A stretch of DNA of 58,415 nt from an uncultured Bacteriovoracaceae bacterium (lineage in GTDB: Bacteria > Bdellovibrionota > Bacteriovoracia > Bacteriovoracales > Bacteriovoracaceae), in NCBI GenBank assembly GCA_964350135.1, contig CAYGJN010000001.1, forward strand, positions 110 through 58,524. Reading direction: 5' to 3'. The notes below the pieces were generated by a model. It made no database searches. It worked only from the letters and a program-made list of their open reading frames with translations, and was not told the origin of the DNA. A program made the position numbers and the translations under genes. Below are positions 35,779 through 46,283 of the stretch, one piece after another (position 1 is the first letter of the stretch; every line of letters begins with the position of its first letter).

Positions 35779-38178
35779 ATGGATTATAAATTTTCTGACA
35801 TTGAAAAAAAATGGCAACAGTACTGGGATGAGAAGAAAACCTTTAAAGCTGTAGTCGATACTACAAAACCTAAATACTATGTTCTCGATATGTTTCCTTA
35901 CCCGTCAGGGTCTGGTCTCCATGTAGGACATCCAGAAGGTTATACTGCTACAGATATAATGGCCCGATATAAAAGAATGAAAGGCTTTAATGTTTTACAT
36001 CCAATGGGCTGGGATTCATTTGGATTACCTGCAGAAAATTACGCCATTAAAACAGGTACTCATCCAGAAAAAATTACTCGTGAAAATATTAAAAATTTTA
36101 CAAGACAACTAAAGGCCATTGGTTTTAGTTATGATTGGGACCGAGAAATAGCTACAAGTAATGTGGACTATTACAGGTGGACTCAGTGGATCTTCGTGCA
36201 ACTTTATAATAAAGGCCTTGCTTATGAAGATGAAATTTCTGTGAACTGGTGCCCAGAACTTAAAACAGTATTGGCCAACGAAGAGGTTATTGACGGCAAG
36301 TCTGAAGTTGGTGGCCACCCAGTTGTTAGACGTCCTATGAAGCAATGGATGTTAAAAATCACAGAGTATGCTGAACGTTTATTATCAGATCTTGATTCAC
36401 TAGATTGGCCTGAAAATATTAAAGAATTGCAAAGAAATTGGATCGGAAAAAGCGAAGGGGCTGAAGTTGAATTTAAAATTGATGGTCATAACCAATCTTT
36501 AAAAGTTTTTACAACTCGCCCAGATACACTTTTTGGTGCAACTTATATGGTTGTCGCTCCCGAGCATAATTTAGTTGAACAAATCACAACAAGTGAAAAT
36601 AGAGAGAATGTTCAAAACTACCTAAAGTCCATTGCCACAAAATCAGACCTTGAAAGAACGGATCTTAATAAAGACAAGTCCGGTGTTTTTACTGGGGCCT
36701 ATGGAATTAACCCTGTTAATAATCAAAAGATTCCAATTTGGGTTGCAGACTACGTTCTTATCACCTATGGAACAGGATCAATTATGGCAGTTCCAGCTCA
36801 TGACCAAAGAGACTGGGAGTTTGCTAAAAAGTATGACCTTCCTATCGTTCAGGTTTTAGAAGGTGGTGATATCCAAGAAGCTGCCCACACAGGAGAAGGC
36901 TCTCATATCAATTCTGATTTTTTAGATGGTTTAAATAAAACTGATGCGATTTCTAAGATGACTCAATTTCTTGAAAGTAAAAATCTTGGAACAGGTAAAA
37001 TAAATTATAAACTTCGTGATTGGCTTTTTTCTCGTCAACGTTATTGGGGTGAACCATTTCCAGTTTTGAAATTTGAAGATGGATCTGTGAGATGCCTTGA
37101 TGCTGACGAGCTTCCAGTTACTCTTCCTGAAGTGGAAAAATACGAACCATCAGGAACAGGTGAGTCACCTCTTGCAACTATTGATTCTTGGCTAAATATT
37201 ACTGACCCAAAGACTGGCAAGAAGGCCAAAAGAGAAACAAATACAATGCCTCAATGGGCCGGGTCGTGTTGGTATTATCTTCGCTTTATTGACCCAACAA
37301 ACGAAAACGAGCCGTGGGATAAAGAGCTAGAAAAATACTGGATGCCAGTTGATCTTTATATTGGAGGAGTAGAACATGCCACCCTTCACCTTCTCTATGC
37401 TCGTTTTTGGCATAAAGTACTTTTTGATTTAGGTTTTGTTTCAACTAATGAGCCTTTTAAAAAGCTTGTAAACCAAGGGCTTATCCTCGGCGAAGACGGG
37501 GAGAAAATGAGCAAATCAAGAGGTAATGTTGTAAACCCTGATGATGTTATTCAAGAAATGGGTGCTGATACTTTAAGACTGTATGAGATGTTTATGGGCC
37601 CTCTTGAAAAAGTGAAGCCATGGCAAATAAAAGGTACTAAAGGCGTTTTCTCTTTTCTTGCTCGTGTGCAAAAAGTTTTTGGAAATCCTGAAAATATTAA
37701 ATCTGGTGATGAAAATCCTGAAACTGTAAAACTTCTTCACAAAACAATTAAAAAAGTAGGAGATGATATTGAGCATCTTCGCTTTAATACAGGGATTTCC
37801 CAAATGATGATTTTTGCAAATCATTGTATGAAGATAAAAGCTGTAACAAAAGAAACTGCTGAACAATTTATACTTTTGCTTGCCCCTTACGCTCCTCACT
37901 TAGCTGAAGAGATTTGGCAAGGACTTGGACATACTGAGACTCTTGCTTATGAGCCATGGCCCAAGTTTAATGCTGATCTTGCTAAAGATGACCTAATTAC
38001 TATGGCCGTACAAATTAATGGCAAGACAAGAGGAACCTTAGAAGTTGCAGCTGATATTGCAAAAGATGATTTTCTTTCTCAGGTTAAATCTGATGAAAAA
38101 TTTGTTAAATACCTTCAGGGCAATATTGTTAAAGAAATTTTTGTTCCAGGAAAGATTTGTAATCTTATTGTGAAGTAG
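35779..38178 (+). CDS. leuS: Leucyl-tRNA synthetase
   Basis: [16 protein letters not shown] start, HIGH-type HVGHPEGY, and KMSKS (EKMSKSRGN). The ORF-track start 35755 is probably 8 codons too early. Confidence 0.97.
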   Translation: MDYKFSDIEKKWQQYWDEKKTFKAVVDTTKPKYYVLDMFPYPSGSGLHVGHPEGYTATDIMARYKRMKGFNVLHPMGWDSFGLPAENYAIKTGTHPEKITRENIKNFTRQLKAIGFSYDWDREIATSNVDYYRWTQWIFVQLYNKGLAYEDEISVNWCPELKTVLANEEVIDGKSEVGGHPVVRRPMKQWMLKITEYAERLLSDLDSLDWPENIKELQRNWIGKSEGAEVEFKIDGHNQSLKVFTTRPDTLFGATYMVVAPEHNLVEQITTSENRENVQNYLKSIATKSDLERTDLNKDKSGVFTGAYGINPVNNQKIPIWVADYVLITYGTGSIMAVPAHDQRDWEFAKKYDLPIVQVLEGGDIQEAAHTGEGSHINSDFLDGLNKTDAISKMTQFLESKNLGTGKINYKLRDWLFSRQRYWGEPFPVLKFEDGSVRCLDADELPVTLPEVEKYEPSGTGESPLATIDSWLNITDPKTGKKAKRETNTMPQWAGSCWYYLRFIDPTNENEPWDKELEKYWMPVDLYIGGVEHATLHLLYARFWHKVLFDLGFVSTNEPFKKLVNQGLILGEDGEKMSKSRGNVVNPDDVIQEMGADTLRLYEMFMGPLEKVKPWQIKGTKGVFSFLARVQKVFGNPENIKSGDENPETVKLLHKTIKKVGDDIEHLRFNTGISQMMIFANHCMKIKAVTKETAEQFILLLAPYAPHLAEEIWQGLGHTETLAYEPWPKFNADLAKDDLITMAVQINGKTRGTLEVAADIAKDDFLSQVKSDEKFVKYLQGNIVKEIFVPGKICNLIVK

Positions 38179-38575
38179 AATTTTTCTTTTTCAAATATTC
38201 TTGAAATTTATTGTGAAGTTCGCAAACTGATTCTTTTGGGACAATTTTTTCTCTTTTGGGATCGTTGTACCCCCACTCTACTGCTTTATAAAATTTCTTA
38301 TAATCTTCGCTAGAAGATTTTTCGATCATGTAATCTAAAAGATGCTTAGCAATAACTGATTTATTAGTTGTTGTTATTTCATGATAAAGATACTTTTGCA
38401 GTTCATCTTGTTTTTCAGTTTTGATAAGTGTTTTAATTTGGACTTCAGAAAGATTAGTCTTATGTGGCCATTTGGTAAACTGACAGGCCCAAATACTGGA
38501 ACTAAAAAATATTATTAACAAAATTTTCAAATAAACCCTCTTTAGGGTTATCGACAAATTGGCAAAAAAACTCAA
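38165..38575 (-). CDS. Hypothetical exported/membrane-anchored protein
   Basis: 136-aa ORF with an N-terminal hydrophobic segment ([13 protein letters not shown]). Its 3' end overlaps the leuS 3' end by 14 nt. Confidence 0.45.
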   Translation of the reverse strand: MSFFANLSITLKRVYLKILLIIFFSSSIWACQFTKWPHKTNLSEVQIKTLIKTEKQDELQKYLYHEITTTNKSVIAKHLLDYMIEKSSSEDYKKFYKAVEWGYNDPKREKIVPKESVCELHNKFQEYLKKKNSTSQ

Positions 38576-38604
38576 ATAAGGTTCTTGATAAGTAAAATCA
38601 GGTT

Positions 38605-39273
38605 TTAAAAAATCTGAAAGAAGATATTTAAAAAAGTAAGTCCTGCACCAGAAATAACAGGAATAGTGAGATTATCGTCAATAATAACTGAGCAAAGCTC
38701 CGAAAAACTTCCTATAACACCTGCCAAAAGAGAAAAGAAGAGAAGGCCTAACGTAGGCTCACTATAGTAAAGACCAAAAATTAAAGTGATAAGATAACAA
38801 ACACAAAATCCTGCAACACTACCTTGCACACTTTTATTAGGAAGAATTTTATCCGTTCCATAACGAATTCCAAAATAAGAAGAAATTGGATCTGAAAATG
38901 CTAAAAATAAAAGTGAGAGCAGTGCAATTTGTTCATCATAGAGATAAAGACAAAGTCCAAAGCCAAGGGCATAAAATGGAAGACCACTTAATGAGTTCAC
39001 TTCACTCTTTCTCATAAACGGTCCCAATAATTTTAAAAAGAAACTATTCATGGAAGGAAAGCGAAGTCTGATAAATTCCATAGTGAAGCTAAAGGCAGCA
39101 AAGGCCAAAATCATATAAGCAAAACGGTTGTCTTGCTGAAGGTAGTCGAACTCTTTATAAATAAGAATTCCCGATACCCCAAAACATATATGCCAAAGCT
39201 TTCTAACCAAGTGAATATCACTTCGCCTATGAAATGCTGAGGTAAATACCTGAAATTGTTTACTTTCTTCCAT
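38605..39273 (-). CDS. Polyprenol/phytol/diacylglycerol kinase family membrane protein (CTP-dependent, SEC59/DGK1/VTE5-like)
   Basis: VRKLWHICFG and SDPISSYFGIRYG motifs within a polytopic membrane protein. Confidence 0.5.
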   Translation of the reverse strand: MEESKQFQVFTSAFHRRSDIHLVRKLWHICFGVSGILIYKEFDYLQQDNRFAYMILAFAAFSFTMEFIRLRFPSMNSFFLKLLGPFMRKSEVNSLSGLPFYALGFGLCLYLYDEQIALLSLLFLAFSDPISSYFGIRYGTDKILPNKSVQGSVAGFCVCYLITLIFGLYYSEPTLGLLFFSLLAGVIGSFSELCSVIIDDNLTIPVISGAGLTFLNIFFQIF

Positions 39274-39418
39274 TTAAAACCTATTTAATCAACAATAGCC
39301 TTAAAAGCAAGATCAATAAAGCTTCCTTAGAAAAATGACAGATATGTTAACTTATTAAAATTGCAGGGAATTTCTATATTTTGCCCCTTTCAAAACGTGA
39401 AAATCTATCTATAATAAT

Positions 39419-40402
39419 GTGTCGGCTCATGATGGGCAGATATCAAAAGTGGATGCCATGGCATTAAGCGAGCAATTGGAAGGCCTAAGACAAACCATGA
39501 AGGCCCATGAAAAGCAACAGATCTGGGCCATTGGTGGTGGAAAAGGTGGCGTTGGAAAAAGTCTTTTCGCTGCTAATATTTCTATCTGTCTTGCTCTTTT
39601 AGGAAATAAAGTAATTACCATTGATCTAGATTTAGGTGGAGCTAATCTTCACACATGTCTTGGTGTACCAATTCCCAAGATGACACTTTCAGACTATGTA
39701 ACTAAAAATGTTGATAAGCTTGATGATCTTGTTACTCCGACTCCTATTAAAAATTTAAGCCTTATTAGTGGCGCCCAGGATGCAGTTGGAATTGCAAACT
39801 TAAAACATCTTCAAAAAACAAAGTTGATGACTAAGCTTGGGAGACTGGATGCTGATTATATCATTTTTGATTTAGGTGCCGGTACATCTTTTAATACACT
39901 CGACTTTTTTATAATGGCCAACAAAGGTATTCTGGTTGTTCTCCCTGAACCAACATCTATTGAAAATACATACCGCTTTATTAGATCTATGTACCATAGA
40001 AGAATTAGCCAAGTTGAAGAGCTCTTAGACATTAGGCCTCTTATTAATAAGGCCATGAATACAAAACTCGGTGAAACAATCTCACCATCAGAGATTATTC
40101 ATAGAGCAATTGAAATTGATCACGACATGGGTATGAAGCTTAAACGAGAAGTTGAAAAACTTTGTCCAAAGCTTGTTATAAACCAAGTTCGAACTCAAGC
40201 AGATATAGATATAGGCTTTTCTATGAAGAGCATTTGCAAACGTTATTTCGGAGTTAATCTCGATTATATTGGATACCTTGATTATGATTCAGCAGTTTGG
40301 CAAAGTGTGAAAAGAAGAAAACCTCTTCTTCTAGAATTTCCTAATAGCAAATTGGTGAATAATTTTGATCGTATCGTTAACAGACTTTTAGGTGAATCAT
40401 GA
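39419..40402 (+). CDS. MinD/ParA-family P-loop ATPase
   Basis: Deviant Walker A GGGKGGVGKS and Walker B-like YIIFDLGAG. GTG start as in the ORF track (uncertain). Confidence 0.8.
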   Translation: MSAHDGQISKVDAMALSEQLEGLRQTMKAHEKQQIWAIGGGKGGVGKSLFAANISICLALLGNKVITIDLDLGGANLHTCLGVPIPKMTLSDYVTKNVDKLDDLVTPTPIKNLSLISGAQDAVGIANLKHLQKTKLMTKLGRLDADYIIFDLGAGTSFNTLDFFIMANKGILVVLPEPTSIENTYRFIRSMYHRRISQVEELLDIRPLINKAMNTKLGETISPSEIIHRAIEIDHDMGMKLKREVEKLCPKLVINQVRTQADIDIGFSMKSICKRYFGVNLDYIGYLDYDSAVWQSVKRRKPLLLEFPNSKLVNNFDRIVNRLLGES

Positions 40403-41118
40403 ATCCAGAACATTATCAAAGCAAAGCTAAAACTAATAATTATTATGAAATTCTAGAGGTTTCTACAAATGCAACGGAAGAAGAAATTTATGAAGCATTT
40501 AGTAGGGCCAAGAATGCATACTCAGGCCAAAGCATTGCTCTTTACTCTTTGCTAACAGAAGACGAATGCAAAGCAATCTTGGAAATGGTTGAAGAAGCCT
40601 ACTCAATACTAGGTGACCCTGCAAAAAGAGCAAGTTATGATGAAGCAAGAGGCTTTAATAAAAATAAAGAACGAGAGCAAGAACAAAGTCCAACATCCCC
40701 TCTAGCAAAAGCTGTAAGCCAGCATGCTGAAAGTATTAAAAATACTAGCTCAATGAATTATGATGATTATAAAATCTCACACAAAGAAGCAGAGGTCTCA
40801 AAAGTCTCCGCGAGAAATAGGTATGCCCTTGAATATAAAATTGATGAAGAAATGGAAAATGAAATTGAAACTTGCACCGAGTTCTCTGGTGAGTTTCTAA
40901 AAAGAATTCGAGAATACAAAGGTGTTAGTGTCGAAAGACTTGCTGACATGACAAAAATTTCTAAAACGTTTATCCGAAATATTGAAGCTGAAGAAAAAGG
41001 TAATCTCCCCGCTCATGTTTATGTCCGAGGGTTTATTTACCAATATGCAAAAACTCTAAAGCTTAACCCAGATCTTGTGGCTACAAGCTATATCAAACGT
41101 ATAAAACAAGATGCATGA
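40399..41118 (+). CDS. J-like domain (no HPD motif) + C-terminal RodZ-type HTH protein
   Basis: NYYEILEVSTNATEEEIYEAF...YSILGDPAKRASYDE resembles a J domain, but HPD is absent. C-terminal GVSVERLADMTKISKTFIRNIEAEE...VYVRGFIYQYAKTLKL resembles the RodZ HTH_25 region. Confidence 0.65.
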   Translation: MNPEHYQSKAKTNNYYEILEVSTNATEEEIYEAFSRAKNAYSGQSIALYSLLTEDECKAILEMVEEAYSILGDPAKRASYDEARGFNKNKEREQEQSPTSPLAKAVSQHAESIKNTSSMNYDDYKISHKEAEVSKVSARNRYALEYKIDEEMENEIETCTEFSGEFLKRIREYKGVSVERLADMTKISKTFIRNIEAEEKGNLPAHVYVRGFIYQYAKTLKLNPDLVATSYIKRIKQDA

Positions 41119-42067
41119 GACTATCCTCATTGAAGTAAGTTCAGAAGATTTTGAAAGTTTTATCAGACTGGATCAATTTTTAACTGCTAAAACTGACTTA
41201 AGCCGAAACCTTGTTAAGAACCTTTTCGAACAAGGAGAGATTACTTCAAAGAAGAAATTAAAACTTAATAAAATGCCACCAACTGGAACAAGTATTGAGA
41301 TTCAAATTCCACCTGCTATTCCTAGTGAGGCCCTCGCTGAAGATATTGACCTTAATATTTTATTCGAAGATGAGTATCTTCTTTTTGTAGATAAACCAGC
41401 AGGCATGGTCACTCACCCTGCTCCTGGAAATTATACTGGTACATTGGTAAACGCAATTCTTCACCATTGCCCAGACCTTAAGGGTGTCGGTGGAGTTAAA
41501 AGACCAGGCATTGTTCACAGACTTGATAAAGGTACATCAGGTGTTATGGTAGTTGCTAAAGACCATAAAACTCATGAAGGTCTAATCAAACTTTTTTCTA
41601 GCCATACTATTAAAAGAAAATATGTGGCCCTTGGTATGAAAAAAGAAATTCCACGAAGCGGAACAATTAGAACCCTCATTAATCGAAACCCCAAAAATAG
41701 ACTTAAAATGACCTCAAGAACCTCAGAGGGGAAAGAAGCTATAACTTATTACAAAGTACTATCAAGTGGCTGCGGACTCTATTTTATGGAACTCACTTTA
41801 GAAACAGGAAGAACTCATCAGATTCGCGTTCATTTGAGTGAGAAACTAGGTATTCCTGTGCTCAATGATTCTCTTTATGGAAATCCTAACCAAGAAGTCT
41901 TAAGACTTGCTGACGATCTTAAAAGCTTTATTCAAGATTATGAGCATCCATTTCTACACGCCAAAAGTCTAGGTTTTACTCATCCTATTACAAATAAAGA
42001 ACTTTATTTTGAAAGTCCAATCCCTTCACCTTTTTCTCAAATTCTGGAAAAAATGAATGGCCAATGA
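41111..42067 (+). CDS. rluD: 23S rRNA pseudouridine synthase RluD (S4 + RluA catalytic domain)
   Basis: RLDQFL S4-like N-terminus, HRLDKGTSGVMVVAK, GRTHQIRVHL. Confidence 0.9.
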   Translation: MHETILIEVSSEDFESFIRLDQFLTAKTDLSRNLVKNLFEQGEITSKKKLKLNKMPPTGTSIEIQIPPAIPSEALAEDIDLNILFEDEYLLFVDKPAGMVTHPAPGNYTGTLVNAILHHCPDLKGVGGVKRPGIVHRLDKGTSGVMVVAKDHKTHEGLIKLFSSHTIKRKYVALGMKKEIPRSGTIRTLINRNPKNRLKMTSRTSEGKEAITYYKVLSSGCGLYFMELTLETGRTHQIRVHLSEKLGIPVLNDSLYGNPNQEVLRLADDLKSFIQDYEHPFLHAKSLGFTHPITNKELYFESPIPSPFSQILEKMNGQ

Positions 42068-42635
42068 AATTTTTGCAAGAGAGTTCTCACAAGGTAGCCT
42101 CGTTGTCTTTGATAATAAGCCTGACCTTGATTTTCATTTTGTAAAACAAGTCCATGGTAATCAAGTTTTATCTAGTTTTGATACAACAAGTGAAGCTGAT
42201 GGCATGATTGGTGACTATAACACCAAGCTGGCCATTATTACTGCAGACTGCTTACCTATATTGTTTCTAGGTGAAAAAAACTACGCCTTTATTCATGCTG
42301 GTTGGAAGGGGCTTCAACAAAAGATAATTGGAAACTCTAATATAAAAAAAATTAAGCCTTTGCATATCTTTATTGGCCCAAGCATCCAGGCAAACTCCTT
42401 TGAGGTTCAAGAAGATTTTAAACTTCATTTTCCCCATGCAAAACTGATATTAAAAAAACAAAAACTCTTTTTTAATCTTCAAGAGGAAGCTCTTTTGCAA
42501 ATAAGTCAAAACTATCCAAATACCCAAGTAGAAGTCTCCTCTATTGACACTTTTACTAGCGCACAGTTTCATAGTTACAGGCGAAACAAAACAGTTCTTA
42601 GAAATTGGAATGTCTTTCTTCCTGGCTTGAGCTGA
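42057..42635 (+). CDS. pgeF: YfiH/PgeF family (DUF152, laccase-domain) protein, short form
   Basis: KQVHGNQV, ITADCLPILF, FIHAGWKG. Conserved rluD-pgeF synteny. Confidence 0.75.
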   Translation: MANEIFAREFSQGSLVVFDNKPDLDFHFVKQVHGNQVLSSFDTTSEADGMIGDYNTKLAIITADCLPILFLGEKNYAFIHAGWKGLQQKIIGNSNIKKIKPLHIFIGPSIQANSFEVQEDFKLHFPHAKLILKKQKLFFNLQEEALLQISQNYPNTQVEVSSIDTFTSAQFHSYRRNKTVLRNWNVFLPGLS

Positions 42636-42673
42636 TTTTGTTATAATTTCTTTTTAACTTAACGGAGACCTCT

Positions 42674-43816
42674 ATGGAACATAAATCCCTAACTCTTGAT
42701 GGCTTTAATGGACGTCATCTTTTACTTCTTCTCTTGGCAGTTGCAGCCTCAGGGATATCTCTTTATTTAACAAATCATTATATGGACTTTCATTTTCCTA
42801 GTGGATTAGTTGGTGGCTCATTATGTGATATAAATTCAACGTTTAATTGTGATGCTTCTACCTCCTCTGCATTTAGCAATATATTAGGAATTCCCATTTC
42901 AGTATTTGGATTATTCTTTGGAGCTAATCTTATCCTAGCTACTATTTTTGCGAACCCTGACTGGGAAAGGATTAATCACGCACTTTCTTATCTAAATGTC
43001 ATTGGATGCTTTATTCTTTTGGTTTATTCTTTTTTTGCATTAGGTTCTTTTTGTCCTTTTTGTATGGGCTATTGGGGCTGTTCTGCAATTATTGCTTATC
43101 TTTTTTATAAGTATGGAGTTCCCCTATCGATGCCAAGTCCTTCAAGCCTGGCAATAGTTGGCGCTCTTGCCGTTTTTATAATTGGTGCCTACGGTTGGAA
43201 TATTAGCGAAAAAGAGAAAAAAGCTAAAAGAATGTCTTTCGCTCTCGCACAACAATTTAGAAATTTGCCTGCAGTAGTGACTCCTGATTCTCCTCATAAA
43301 ATTCATATGAGCACTGAGAATTTTAAGGATGCGCCATTGAGGATTTCAAAATTTTCAGACTTTCAATGTCCTGCCTGTAAAGATTTTGCAGACAATATCC
43401 CTAAACTAATCGAGCGCTATAAAGGAAAAATTAATATCCAGTATCTTTTTTATCCATTAGACAGCAATTGTAATACAGGTATGAAAAGACAATTACACCC
43501 TCTTGCTTGTGAGGCTGCATATCTGGCCCATTGTTCAAAAGAGAAATTTGCAACAGTTCATGATGAAATTTTTCATCATCAGGCAGGGCTTACTCAAACT
43601 TGGATTGATAAAAAAGCTAATGAGCTTGGAGTATTAGAATGTAAAAACTCGGCTGATACGAAAAGTTTTGTGCAAGAACAAGTAGAGACTGGTAATAAAG
43701 TTGGTGTTCAGTCTACACCGACACTTGTTATTAATGGGAAAAGAATTGCAGGATCTCTTCCTCTAAGCCAGTTTTATCTTTTACTAGATGAGCTTTTAAA
43801 AATGCAAAACCAGTGA
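42674..43816 (+). CDS. VKOR (vitamin K epoxide reductase-like) membrane domain fused to a DsbA/thioredoxin-like domain
   Basis: Loop cysteines CDINSTFNC, TM CxxC (CPFC), and C-terminal thioredoxin CxxC (FSDFQCPACKDF). Confidence 0.8.
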   Translation: MEHKSLTLDGFNGRHLLLLLLAVAASGISLYLTNHYMDFHFPSGLVGGSLCDINSTFNCDASTSSAFSNILGIPISVFGLFFGANLILATIFANPDWERINHALSYLNVIGCFILLVYSFFALGSFCPFCMGYWGCSAIIAYLFYKYGVPLSMPSPSSLAIVGALAVFIIGAYGWNISEKEKKAKRMSFALAQQFRNLPAVVTPDSPHKIHMSTENFKDAPLRISKFSDFQCPACKDFADNIPKLIERYKGKINIQYLFYPLDSNCNTGMKRQLHPLACEAAYLAHCSKEKFATVHDEIFHHQAGLTQTWIDKKANELGVLECKNSADTKSFVQEQVETGNKVGVQSTPTLVINGKRIAGSLPLSQFYLLLDELLKMQNQ

Positions 43817-44583
43817 AAAAATTTATTGAAACCCATTGTCACCTAGACTATCTCAAGGATCTTCCTACAAATAAGATCCTTGAGAAGGCCAAAGCTGAAG
43901 GCATTGAAAAATTTATTACTATTGCTGTTGAGCCAGATAATTTAGAAATTGTTAAAAATCTTGCTGAAACTTATGAAGAAGTATTTTTCACACAGGGTAT
44001 TCATCCACATGAGGCAAGGCTTATTACAGCTGAAGCCTTTCAAACTATTGAGCAAACTGCAAAAACTCACCCCAAATGTGTCGCAGTTGGTGAAATAGGA
44101 CTTGATTATCATTATGATAACTCTCCTCGTGAAAAACAAAGAGAGGTCTTTAGAAAACATCTTGATTTGGCATCACGAATTGATAAGCCTGTAGTTATTC
44201 ACTCAAGAGAGGCTGATGAAGATACAATAAACATTCTTAAAGAGTTTTCTGATCCTCTTAAAAAGAAAGGGGTCATTCACAGCTTTACTGCAGGAAAAAA
44301 ACTTGCTGAGTTTGCACTTTCTGAAGGTTTCTACCTAGGCTTTAATGGAATTATTACTTTTAAAAAGGCCGAAAATGTTAGAGATATTGTGGCACTAACT
44401 CCAATTAATCAAATTCTTTTTGAAACAGACTCTCCATTTCTCACTCCTGTTCCTCATCGTGGAAAAGAAAATGCACCTTTTTATCTACCTTTTATTGCTA
44501 GTGAGATTGCAAAAATCTTGAATATAGATGAGCAAACTCTTAACCAACAAGTTTATCAAAACTCAGAAAATTTATTTTTTTAA
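43813..44583 (+). CDS. tatD: TatD family metal-dependent hydrolase/DNase
   Basis: ETHCHLDY, VIHSREA, VIHSFTAG, ETDSPFL. Confidence 0.9.
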   Translation: MKKFIETHCHLDYLKDLPTNKILEKAKAEGIEKFITIAVEPDNLEIVKNLAETYEEVFFTQGIHPHEARLITAEAFQTIEQTAKTHPKCVAVGEIGLDYHYDNSPREKQREVFRKHLDLASRIDKPVVIHSREADEDTINILKEFSDPLKKKGVIHSFTAGKKLAEFALSEGFYLGFNGIITFKKAENVRDIVALTPINQILFETDSPFLTPVPHRGKENAPFYLPFIASEIAKILNIDEQTLNQQVYQNSENLFF

Positions 44584-45084
44584 TTTTAAAGAAAGTGTAA
44601 GTGTGAAATTAGCTACGGGCTCATCACCAAGTTTTGTGGGGACAGTTGCATAGACATTAATTAATTCATTTTCTCGCTCTCCAGACTCAAGAGTCCTGGC
44701 CATAAGAGCTCGCACTTTTTCACCTTCAGTGCAAATGAAATGAGTAGGACCTTCTGCTCTTTTCAGGAAATCTGCTTTGAAATCTTTAAAAACAAGTGAG
44801 ATATTTTTTTCAGATTCTCTAATAAGTTTCATGGCCATAAGCCCTGCAGCCATATCAGCTCCACAAGCAAGAGTTCCAAAATAAAGAGATCCAATATGAT
44901 TTTTTGTTTTAAAATTAAGAGGTATCTGAATTTCACATCTATTTTGAGTAAGCTCAATTAGCTTTGGACCACAAAAACCAAGCAAAGGGATTTTAAAGCC
45001 AAAAAGTTTTATCATCCAACTTTCTTTAAAACTTTGAGGAAGTCTTTCTTCTAACTCAGATCTTAAACTAGCTATCATCTTCAA
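44572..45084 (-). CDS. Hotdog-fold thioesterase-like protein (PaaI/YiiD_C/DUF4442-like)
   Basis: GSLYFGTLACGADMAAGLMAM core helix pattern. Assignment tentative. Confidence 0.4.
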   Translation of the reverse strand: MKMIASLRSELEERLPQSFKESWMIKLFGFKIPLLGFCGPKLIELTQNRCEIQIPLNFKTKNHIGSLYFGTLACGADMAAGLMAMKLIRESEKNISLVFKDFKADFLKRAEGPTHFICTEGEKVRALMARTLESGERENELINVYATVPTKLGDEPVANFTLTLSLKLKK

Positions 45085-46147
45085 CCTTAAAGTCCTTTAA
45101 AAGAGATCCTAGGTTTTGCTTCAACTCTTTTGGTTCTCGTTTTTTCTCTGGAGATTTTTTAGTTTTTCTTTCTTCTCTAACTAAAGGTTGTGTAAACTTT
45201 GGAAGTGGAGATTTGTAAACAATACGATCCAGATGCTTAATATAATTGCTCCAGTCTCCTGATGAATTATCTGTTCTTTTTATTGTTTCAAAAGCGTTCA
45301 TTTTTGAATCCATCATATCGATTTGATGAACTAGCATAGCTTCTGAAGTTTGAGGTATTTTAGGAGAACCAAACTCATAACTTCCATGATGAGAAAGTAA
45401 GATATGCTTAAGGTGAAGTTTTGTATAGTAAGGAAAACCTTTAATACGGTAGCTGAACTTATCAACAAGCTCAGGACCTCTTACTAAGTGTCCAACAAGT
45501 TTTCCCTCTTCAGAGTACTCAACATCAACTCCATTATTAAGCTCATAAATTTTACAAAGATCGTGAAGTATACAGCCAGCAACAACATAATTTGTATTAC
45601 AATTATATCTTTTAGAAAGAGTTAGACCCATTTCTGAGCAAGATAAAATATGTTCAAGAAGTCCAGAGCGGTAAGCATGATGAATCGTTTTCCCTGCAGG
45701 CCAGAGTTTTAGTCTACGGGCAATTTCATCGTCATCTAAAATATTTTCAAGCATGGATCTAATATAATAATCATCAAGCTCTGAGACTATGCCTAAAAGG
45801 TCTTTATACATACTCTCTGGGTCCTGCTGGGCCTTAAAAATAAAATCATCCTCATTAATTTCTTTTCGGTTAAGCTTTTCAATCTTCATGATAATAAATT
45901 GCTTTTTTCCCTGAAAAATATTGAGCTTTCCCTGAACTTGAACAAAACTGCCTTTTGAAATTGAGAGAGAATGCTTTTCAGCATCGCTCCAAACCCGTGA
46001 CTCCAGATCCCCAGTTGAGTCTGAGAGAATCACGTTCATATACTGTCTCCCATCTTTAGCTTCCATAAGAGAGGAGAACTTTACATAAAAGATAGACTCA
46101 ATTTCTTCTTTGAGTTTAAGGTCTCTGACAAAAACTGTTTTCTGCAT
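45068..46147 (-). CDS. YhaM-like 3'-5' exoribonuclease (OB fold + HD domain)
   Basis: OB-fold N-terminus (VKFSSLMEAKDGRQYMNVILSD), CILHDLCK, LLSHHGSYEFGSP. Start taken at MQKTVFV (46147). The ORF-track start is 46201. Confidence 0.7.
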   Translation of the reverse strand: MQKTVFVRDLKLKEEIESIFYVKFSSLMEAKDGRQYMNVILSDSTGDLESRVWSDAEKHSLSISKGSFVQVQGKLNIFQGKKQFIIMKIEKLNRKEINEDDFIFKAQQDPESMYKDLLGIVSELDDYYIRSMLENILDDDEIARRLKLWPAGKTIHHAYRSGLLEHILSCSEMGLTLSKRYNCNTNYVVAGCILHDLCKIYELNNGVDVEYSEEGKLVGHLVRGPELVDKFSYRIKGFPYYTKLHLKHILLSHHGSYEFGSPKIPQTSEAMLVHQIDMMDSKMNAFETIKRTDNSSGDWSNYIKHLDRIVYKSPLPKFTQPLVREERKTKKSPEKKREPKELKQNLGSLLKDFKVEDDS

Positions 46148-46283
46148 TGGTTTTAGGCCCTTGAAAAAAATCAGTTTATGACTGAAGTCCCAGGTGGTCA
46201 AATAGATTTACTAGAAGCTCTTATTATGGCATAAATTGTTAAAATTATAAGCAATATCACACAGTGCAAAAGAGGATAGAACT

